Assembly (NCBI GenBank): GCA_951406725.2
Contig: OX597829.1
Location: 30,690,001-30,754,000 of the forward strand
DNA from: Octopus vulgaris
Lineage: Eukaryota
Length of the DNA stretch: 64,000 nt
Direction: 5' to 3'
A program made the translations under genes and the position numbers. Each line of letters starts with the position of its first letter. Within the stretch, counting starts at the first letter, position 1. This document shows, piece after piece, positions 52,731-64,000 of this stretch. The notes beneath the pieces were generated by a model. That model saw nothing but the letters and a program-made list of their open reading frames with translations, was not told the DNA's origin and did not search any database.

Positions 52731-54535
52731 TCTAATTCAATGTGGTATCTGATCAAGAAAGGACATTTGATCAAAATCCTCCCAACCATAGCCATCCTAC
52801 CATTTTAAGGGCATTTATGATTATGTAATCCTATGAATTCTTCATTATCTAAGACCACCCAACTGATTGGCACCCCTGCCTCTGTCTCACAGATGTGTTA
52901 TTTCCTCTTCAGTCTTCTACCGTTCCAACAATGTCCTTTTTTTCTTCAATGCTGGTCAGTTTCATGCCCAATCCTTTCTTCTAAGAACATTTTGTCTATT
53001 TCCCTGGCATTCCCTCTTGCCCGTGTTCCTGCAGCCAGCAACTTGTATCAGTTCAATTAACTGCAACACTCTCATTAGGCTCGAGTCCAGTCAAAGCCAC
53101 AGGCACAGCTATTTTCTCCAGTGTCAAACTAATAAAAAAATAAAGATGGAAGCATTTGATTTTTAAGGTGATTTGGCTGTTATTTCTAACAAATTGAATG
53201 ACGGTGTAAAGGCCCCTCCTCCTCCTCTTGTTGTTGCTGTTGTTTTGATGGTATTGCTAGTAGCATTGGTAGTACTGTGCATGATTGGAATCAGCTTGTT
53301 TCAATACCCGAGACGCTGACTTAACTGTGACTTTACTACATTTCCCTCTTGTCTAGGTGAATATGATTGCCACCACCACCATTCTCCTATCACCACCATC
53401 TTTGCTAATGGCTCCCATCTTCTTGGTACTCTCAAGAACACTTGACCAAATCTAGACTGTTGAAGAAGAGTCAGTGTATTCTAACTTCCAGTGATTGTTG
53501 TATTCACCTCAAAGAATACAACTAGTTACCTTTGTCATCTGAGGTTGTTAGCTTTATGTAAGGATTATTGATTGGCTCTTGTGACTAGATGATGGGACAT
53601 TTCCATCATGAAAAGCTTTTTGTTGACCAATAACTATTGATCAGTCTGTATACCTCCTGTGCTTTTATTCCCTGCCCATCCCCCTTGCCCTGTTCTGCCA
53701 CTCTTCACTCATTCCTCCAACTGCTAACTTTCTGTTTTATTTATTTATCTGTGTAATATCTGATTGTGTTTTAAAAAGGTTCCTATCACTTGTATTGATT
53801 CCACTTCATTTTGCCGTATATGCTTTCTTTCATTAATAAATGTATTATTATGTCAGAAAGGGTGTTCTGATTTCAGAGAGAGAGAGAGAGAGTGGTGGTT
53901 GCAGGATTTAAGAGAGAAAGATTGGGAGAGGGGTTCTGAGAATGTGTCTACAAGTGTGTGCACTTGTGTAAGATAGAAAACAAGCATTGAAGGCAAAAGA
54001 CAGTGTGATGTATGATCACACGCACGCACGCACGCACGCACGCACGCGCGTATGTATATGAGAGAGGGATGAGAAGGCTAAATAAATAGTCCCAAAAAAG
54101 GAGAACAAACATAAATGAGGCTATCAATTAACAAATTACACACGTAAATATACAAATACCCTTATATTTCTCTGCCTGCCTGCCTGCCTGCCTGCCCGCC
54201 TGTCTGTTTATTCTTTTATTCTTTTTAGACATTTGACTGTGGCCATGCTAGAGCACCGCCTTTAATTGAGCGAAATTGACCCCCAGGACTTAGTCTTTGT
54301 AAGCCTAGTACTTATTCTATCATCTCTTTTGCTAAACTGCTAAGTTACAGGGATGTAAACACACCATCATTGGTTGTCACATGGCTTTGGGTTGTCTGAG
54401 TTTATAGTACAAGATACTTGCCCAAGTGCCCAGCAGGACTGAACCTAGAACCATGTGGTTTGTAAGCAAGCTGCTTACCATTCAGCCACTCCTGCACCAA
54501 TATATATATATATATCTGTGTCTGCACACACACTT

Positions 54536-54620
<85 letters not shown>

Positions 54621-54633
54621 TTATATATATTTT

Positions 54634-55188
54634 CTTGGGACACAAAACTCTACTTGCGAAGACGTGTTGAGGCAAGTGAGGATCAGAATCGAAATCGATC
54701 AATGGAAATTGCGGATGTGCTACCAGTGCCGGTGGCATGTCGAAACTCTGCTTGTGAAGACCCATTGAGGCAAGTGAGGATCAGAATCGAAATCGATCAA
54801 TGGAAATCGATCAATGGAAATTGCAGATGTGTTACCAGTGCCGGTGGCATGTAAGAGAACCTTCCGTTTCGCGACCGTTGCCAGCACCGCCCCGTTTCGT
54901 GTTCGTTGCCAGCCTCGCCTGGCCCTCGTGCCGGTGGCACATAAAAAACACCATCCGTTCGTGGCCGTTTGCCAGCTCTGGCTGGCACCAGTGCGGGTGG
55001 CACGTAAAAAGCACCCACTACACTCACGGAGTGGTTGGCGTTAGGAAGGGCATCCAGCCGTAGAAACACTGCCAGATTTGACTGGGCCTGATGAAGCCTT
55101 CTGGCTTCACAGACCCCAGCAGAACCGTCCAACCCATGCTAGCATGGAAAACGGACGCTAAATGATGATGATGATGATGATGATGATC
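54634..55188 (+). mobile_element. RTE LINE 3' UTR with (GAT)n tail
   Basis: Reverse complement of the UTR at 43285-44020; ends CCATGCTAGCATGGAAAACGGACGCTAAA(TGA)n. Confidence 0.85.
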
Positions 55189-57370
<2,182 letters not shown>

Positions 57371-57399
57371 CTATGCCATTGGTATATAACCAACCCAAT

Positions 57400-57945
57400 T
57401 ATGGATACCCCTCATTCATTGGACGATAAACTTTGCTTGCGAAGACCTGTTGAGGCAAGTGAAATGAAAATCGCTGATGTGATTGATGACAGCACTGCCT
57501 GATTGGCACTTGTGCCAGTGGAACATTAAAAGCATCACCCGTGTGTGATCATTGCTAGGGCCATTGACTGGCTTCCGTGCTGGTGGCATGTATAAAGCAG
57601 CATTTGAGCATGATAATTGCCAGCATCGCCTTACTGGCACATGTGCCAGTGACATGTGAAAAAGAACTTTTGAGTGTGGTCGTTGCCAGTGCCACCAGAC
57701 TGGCTCCTGTGCAGGTGGCATGAAAAAAAACCTTTTGAGCATGGTTGTTGCCAGTACTGCCTAATTGGCCCTCATACTGGTGGCATGTAAAAGCACCCAC
57801 TACACTCTTGGAATGGTTGGCGTTACGAAGTGTATCCAGCTATAGAAACTTTGCCAGATCAGATTGGAGCCTGGTGCAGCCTTCTTTAAAACCATCCAAC
57901 CCATGCCAGCATGGAAAGTGGATGTTAAACGACAATGATGATGAT
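57400..57945 (+). mobile_element. RTE LINE 3' UTR (older subfamily)
   Basis: GAAGACCTGTTGAGGCAAGTGAAA, repeated GTGCC.GTGGCA units, then ...CCATGCCAGCATGGAAAGTGGATGTTAAACGACAATGATGATG. Confidence 0.75.
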
Positions 57946-57974
57946 ATATTTGTGTGTGTATATATATATATAAA

Positions 57975-58185
57975 TATCCACAAACAAAACTGGCCCAACA
58001 TTCTGTATATGCAAGTCATTGATCTGAAACTCCACCAATTTATGTCAACTGTGCAAGCTATATGCACTAAATATATCCCAGAAAGAAAGGGCAGTACACT
58101 GTCAAACAAGATTTCCAAGGACAGAAAAGCCCTCATGAGACACAGTTCAAAGATCTCAAAGCGGCTTAATAGACAACTGAAGGAT
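57975..58185 (+). mobile_element. LINE ORF2 linker fragment (CR1/L2-like)
   Basis: NWPNIL...ICTKYIPERK...ISKDRKALMR...KISKRL resembles the endonuclease-RT linker of CR1-group LINEs. Confidence 0.4.
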
Positions 58186-58187
58186 AG

Positions 58188-58385
58188 AGGGACTCGTACA
58201 AAGTTTGAATTGTTTCCAAAGTAATTTTTGTCCATTCTTCAGCTAAAACAGTCTCCAGTTCTTGTAGTGATGATGGTGGCAGGATAAAAACTTTAACATC
58301 ACTAGAATGTTCCTCGTGCCATTCAGTAACAACTTTAGCAGTGTGAAATGGTGTATTATCATCCTGAAAGATTGCGTTTCTCTCT
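58188..58385 (-). mobile_element. Tc1 transposase fragment
   Basis: The minus strand reads AIFQDDNTPFHTAKVVTEWHEEH...SLQELETVLAEEWTKITLETIQTLYESL. Confidence 0.75.
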
Positions 58386-58724
58386 GGAAACTTCTAGAAA
58401 ATGAAAGCAAGATTAAACTCTCTCACGAATATATAAATATATATATATATATATATATGTGTGTATGTATATATGTATATATTTATATATATTTTCTTTC
58501 TTTCTCTCTGTTGTAGCTGGAACAAGGAAGACATGTTCTTGTTTGTCTCCTGTCCTAGCTTGATTTATGCATTTGCCACCACAACCTCGTTTAGGCTTAG
58601 CAGCCCTTCCTGTTTGTTTTCACTGACCTGTTTGTGTTACCTATTTTGACCCATTGATATAATTTTCAGTTTCATCTTTGTGTGTTTGTCATGCATTGGT
58701 TTGTCCACTAAAATTGACTGTCAC

Positions 58725-59330
58725 CTGATCATGACCTTTACGAATATATTTGCTAATTTATTTAACTGATTCTACAGATGCACATATCTCTACATTACAA
58801 TGACCTCCATATTTGACTAAAAAGAAGGGAGGGGGATGTGGTACTACTGAATGATTATCTAATTCAAAATTAGACTTTGTAAATGTAAAACCATTATTTT
58901 GACATCAGTAAAGTGGATAGCTATTATAACTATGTAATGCATTTTCTTGAAAGTCTTTAGGGAAATGTTTTTTTACATTTCCCATCAACCATACATGTTG
59001 CATTGGGTTTATCTCTTCCACATGGACCATGTAGCATGCTTCTGGTGACATGTTGAAACAGAATTGGTTGTGTTTGTGGATTTAGAAGCTCTGCATTAAC
59101 AAATTTATCATAATGTTCTGGATCTTTTTTTAATATGACAAGGGGGGGGGGGATGTTCACACTGTTGAAACTCTATGGTCCACTTGTACCCTGCAACCTC
59201 TCCCAAAACGTTCTTCTCCAAAATATCATGCAAGAGATACCTAAGTTTCATGTTAAATACTCTGTCAGTTATATCTGGTCTGTCAGCTGGTGTCTGTCCT
59301 GGATAAAGTTCGTCTGTGATATTGGTCAAG
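58725..59330 (-). mobile_element. Helitron Rep domain remnant
   Basis: DRPDITDRVFNMKL, WTIEFQ (EFQKRGLPH position), MLHGPCG...CMVDGKCKKTFP, LDNHSVVP, HCNVEICASVESVK and KYIRKGHD. Confidence 0.92.
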
Positions 59331-59575
59331 CAATGAAAATTCTGAGATGAATGAAAACTAAATTACAGAGATGTACTTGCATGGCAAGTGACTTCATCTG
59401 AGATTGTGGACTGAAACAAAAACAATTGCAGCATGGAAGATGATTGTTAGCCATCATAAATGGCTTACAAATGTCTTTCATATTACAATTGTCTTCGAAA
59501 ATTAAATGAAGTGAATCTAATGATTTTTTTTTGTTTTCCTTGAATTGCTAACAAATATCTTCAAAGCTGCAATTG

Positions 59576-59613
<38 letters not shown>

Positions 59614-61267
59614 TCATTTAATGTAAAGAAAACACAAAAACCCTTGTGAAAAATAGCAACCCAGGGTTCATGAATGAAATATATATCGGATCAACTTCCA
59701 CATTAAAAAATCTTTGGTCTTATCTATATTGAAAAATTGGGGCTAATACAGAATTGCAGCTCTCTTTGAAAAATGCATATTTTTGCAAAAAGCTGACTTA
59801 AGTTTACTTTTAACTTCCCTGTTCTTATAAACACTAAGTAGATAATTAACTTGTTTTGCGATCATGAATGTACCAAGCCTCACGTGTGTGTATGCTCATA
59901 TTTTTGCAGAAGTTTGTATGAGCAAGTATTCTTGCACCATGCAGCTTGCCCAAGGGTGTTTATACATCTATATTTGTTAAGTTTTTTTTTAATACTTTTC
60001 TCACTGGATTGCATGTTCATTTATCTTTTTGCCATCTGTGATTTTATTTTTGATCTTTTATATGAAGATATTTCCTCCGTCTGGCTGCTCTTCTTTCTAC
60101 AAAACAAGAAGTTACATTGCAGAACTGTTATTTTAACGAGTTATATTCATCTATCATCTGCACCATCGGGTGCTCCTGAACCAGGCGTTAAGTGTCCCAC
60201 TCTTAAGGGATCAATGCTAGATGTGTCGAAACAATTGTCATAATTAATATCAAATTCTTGTATATTCCATCTTTCGCCTTTCATTTGCCATATACATTTA
60301 CAATCACTGTGAAAGTGACCATGCTTTACCAGTAAGCTACCAGGTGTAAATCATTCGTTTTATTATACATTACATGTATACACACATACACACACACATA
60401 TGTATGAAGTACACTAATTGAAATAAAGTTTCCTCAAAATTAAACATCTGTAGCTTCTATTCTATCTATCTAATCTAATATAATAAATGCAAAAAACTAA
60501 TTTCTGTGTGCCAGTGTGTCACACTTTGAACCCCTCTCTCACTATTCAATGACACTTCTACTATTCCTCATGATGGGGTGAGAGTAATAGTAGGCATAGA
60601 GGTGGTGAGGGCAGTGGCAAAGACAGACAGAGAGAGAGAGAAAGAGAGATAAAGAAATTTAGGGAGAGTTGATGTTTTATTAAAAGTGGTACTGTTGATG
60701 GTGACAGTGGGGGTAATAATAAGAGAGAGAGAGAAAGAGGGAGATGATGTACAACTTTGTTTAACCATGTCTCTTTGACAAATTCCAATGGCCTGAACAA
60801 ACATACTGAATACTATCAGTTTTGTTCTATTTTTTGCTTTCTTTAATACATATTCACACACACACATACACACATATATAAAATACACTTTAATTGAAAT
60901 AAAGTTTCTTCAAAATTAAACATATCTAATAAGTGACTGTTAGTGTGTCACACTTTTCCAACTTTAATAAATCCTTACTACTGGAAGCACAAAGCCTCAA
61001 ATTTTGGTGGAAGGGATTAAGTCAATTACATTGATCCCCAGTACATAACTGGTACTAATTTTATCAACCCTGAAAGGATGAAAGTCGACCTTGGTGGAAC
61101 TCATAACCTAATGGAAAGATGAAATACTGCTAAGCATTTTGCTCAGCTTGCCACCATAAAATAATATAGTATCAATAATATTAATATGCTAACTTTTTGT
61201 TTTTTTACTTACCTGTTGTGTGTGTCACACTTACTTCAAAGAAGTGGTAAAGCAAGAGAGAGGAGGA

Positions 61268-61862
61268 AAGAGGTGGGGGTCCACCAAGGCTCAGTCCTCA
61301 GCCCCCTCCTATTTATCATAGTCCTCCAGGCAATAACGGAGGAATTCAAGACAGGATGCCCTTGGGAGCTCCTCTTTGCTGATAACCTTTCTCTAATTGC
61401 TGAGTCACTATCAAGTGAACCATCTTCCATGCGAACACACTTCTCTCCTACCACATCACAATTCTCTCTCACACACTGTCTTGCAACGCGTAACACCTCC
61501 AGTCTTTGGTCCTCACAGCGCAGAACATTGGCAATTTTTTTCTTATTTGCTTCCCCTCTGGCTAGATAGACCTGTCTTCTAGCTTCCCTTTTGGCAGTCT
61601 GATACAATTCCCTGCTACCACCATTCTTCCAGTCCTTCCAAGTCTGTCTCTTTTCTCGAATAGCCCTGTCTACAACACTGTTCCACCACCACGTTACCTT
61701 GGGACGAGAGGGGACTTTGCACCAGCCACAGATCTGGTCAGTGGCTCTCAGCAGGTTGTCCCTTAGAAACGTCCAGTTGCCTTCTACCCCATGTGATACT
61801 CTATCCCCTTCTACTTCGTCAAAGGCTTCAAGTAGCATGTCCCTAAATCTCTGTCCATTCGC
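61268..61862. mobile_element. Rearranged RTE fragment: plus-strand RT piece fused tail-to-tail with a minus-strand pre-RT piece
   Basis: 61268-61412 (+) reads VGVHQGSVLSPLLFIIVL...LLFADNL. 61413-61862 (-) reads NWTFLRDNLLRATDQICGW...TWWWNSVVDRAIREKR. Confidence 0.85.
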
Positions 61863-61909
<47 letters not shown>

Positions 61910-61989
61910 TGTGTGTGTGTGTGTATATAACTATGTGTATATATGTGTCTGTATATTATGTTTATATATATGTGTGTGTGTGTGTGTGT

Positions 61990-62027
<38 letters not shown>

Positions 62028-62032
62028 TAAAT

Positions 62033-62077
<45 letters not shown>

Positions 62078-62187
62078 CAAGATAAGAAAATGGAGAAATA
62101 CATCTAAATCAAATATCACTTCACTAGCAGTATATTGGATATATGTTATCCCATGGAGGGTTGCATTTACAACCCTATCTCAATTTG

Positions 62188-62220
<33 letters not shown>

Positions 62221-62586
62221 GTACATACATGCACACACCCACACCTATATGTATATATTTAGGCATGACTGAATTGTTATAATCACATTGTAGCTATATG
62301 CTTTTGGGTTCAATCCTACTGAATAGTACCTCGTGCAAGTTTCTTCTGTTGTAACCCCACACTGGGTGTATTTTGGTTGATAGAAACTATAATCCTGGTG
62401 TTTGTGTTGTGTCTCTCCTTTTTAACAACCAGTATTGGTTTGTTTACATTTCCATAACTTAGTAGTTCAGTGAAAATAATCATTAGATTAAACACTAAAC
62501 TTTGTTTGTTTAACAAACCCTTTAAGGTGATGCTCCAGCATGGGCACTGCTCAATAAATGAAACCAGTAAAAGATAAAAATCTGAA

Positions 62587-62631
<45 letters not shown>

Positions 62632-62986
62632 TAAACGGTTTATTGGAGTTCAGTGTTTGCTCATATCAAAACTACTGATCACCATTATTAGGAAATTGAT
62701 ATTGTTGTAAACATTTGATAAAGGCAAACTTTATAAAAATTTTATGTTCTAATATCTAATATTTGAATAAGCAGATCAAAGTGTGCAATGGTTGACATCT
62801 ACTAGTCTGTCTGTCTGTCTTTTTTATTTATAAATTAATAATATAACAATATTTCGCTTTTTTTTTTTTATAAACATTGTTTTCATCAAATGTTTACAGC
62901 AGTATCAACTTCCATTTAATGATCATTTGCTTTGATAAGAGCAATGTGAATGGCAGAATAAATAGCTGTGAAATCTCCAATTATTC

Positions 62987-63030
<44 letters not shown>

Positions 63031-63035
<5 letters not shown>

Positions 63036-63672
63036 TCAATATAGGGTGGCAAAAAAATTTTGTAGAATTCTTTTGCCACCAGCGGCCTAGTAGGAAAAAA
63101 TTAAAATAGTCACAGACCATTTTTAAGTTCAACATCAACAATAAAGGAACGGCCATAATAGGCCATTCACCCACTAGAAATAACAGCCAAAGCTTCAACC
63201 GCAAATAAAAGTTAATTCAGTAAACAGGAGAAAATTTAAAAAAAACATTTACCACCCTATATTTTTTTGCCACCCTATATTGATTAATTATGAATTTTCT
63301 GGTTAATTCCGTAATGGAATCGACGGCTTATATTTATTTGCTGCCGATAAATTTGGCCGAGTGCGACGATTTGAAAATTTTAGGTCAGATATTAACTTGG
63401 CAACGTCGGAAATGCCTCGTGTAAATATCTGTTCCGTCTTGGGCTATTTCTTACTGAAGAATCTGAGGGCCTGTGGAAGATTGGCTTGATTTAATTTAAT
63501 CAGGTTAGTTTACCATTAATCAGCAGATGAAACGGTATATCGTATAAGAAATTACAGGGTAAATGTTTTTTTAAATTTTCTCCTGTTTACTGAATTAACT
63601 TTTATTTGCGGTTGAAGCTTTGGCTGTTATTTCTAGTGGGTGAATGGCCTATTATGGCCGTTCCTTTATTGT

Positions 63673-63676
<4 letters not shown>
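63031..63676. mobile_element. Young non-coding element with interleaved inverted repeats, inserted in (TA)n (Penelope pLTR/retrozyme-like)
   Basis: A perfect 28-bp IR (63031-63058 / 63261-63288) and a ~119-bp IR (63134-63253 / 63558-63676, one homopolymer indel). (TA)n on both sides; a hammerhead lies inside. Confidence 0.8.
63446..63552 (+). ncRNA. Type I hammerhead ribozyme
   Basis: Stem I AUUUCUUA (63446-53) / UAAGAAAU (63545-52); core CUGAAGA (63454-60); stem II AUCUG/CAGAU with a long hairpin insert; GAAA (63529-32); stem III ACG-GUAUAU-CGU; cleavage triplet GUA ending at 63544. Confidence 0.85.
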
Positions 63677-63720
<44 letters not shown>

Positions 63721-64000
63721 TAACTATACTTTATGTATTGATTACACAGTAACATTGTCTTGGTTCAGTTTCACTAAGTAGCATTTTGGGCAGGTGTCTT
63801 TTATTATAGCCTAGAGCCAGCCAAAGCCTTGTGTGTGGATATAGTAATGACACAGTTGCTTTTGTTGTTATCATTGCTCCTGTCATTGAGCTTCTGATGG
63901 CTTTGTAGCTTTGAAGACATGGGAAATAAGAAAAAAATCCTTTATTTGAAAAGGAAAGAAGGATCTTTACCTTTGACCTACAGATTTAAAAAATAATTTT

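Noticed and set aside
53357-53445. Acceptor-like site followed by a short His-rich frame
   Set aside because: Low-complexity (CAC)n with no homology; no reason to prefer it as an exon.

Overview
AT-rich, repeat-dense animal genomic DNA. The SINE families, RTE LINEs and very long (TA)n tracts suggest a coleoid cephalopod (Octopus-like); that assignment is my inference. Most of the window is transposon debris: RTE LINE fragments carrying a PHD finger, three tRNA-derived SINE families, four Tc1/mariner-superfamily elements with TIRs (one almost intact), Helitron Rep and helicase remnants, a HINE-like element, Penelope-like GIY-YIG remnants, an REL-type non-LTR remnant, a probable solo LTR and microsatellites. 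Two things stand out. (1) The 1289-codon orphan ORF at 33923-37792 does not appear to end at its stop codon. The TAA lies inside a splice donor (TG|GTAAGA), and a phase-compatible 59-nt exon at 42255-42313 extends the protein to ...MVEQFATFTNYPFEFSKW|CLEWSQWDYGKAAQTF. This resembles the TAP-C/UBA domain of the mRNA export factor NXF1, so the locus may be a lineage-specific NXF-derived gene with a giant novel exon. (2) A complete type I hammerhead ribozyme lies at 63446-63552 inside a young element with interleaved inverted repeats, inserted in (TA)n. All calls come from manual reading and motif recall; no database searches were run.
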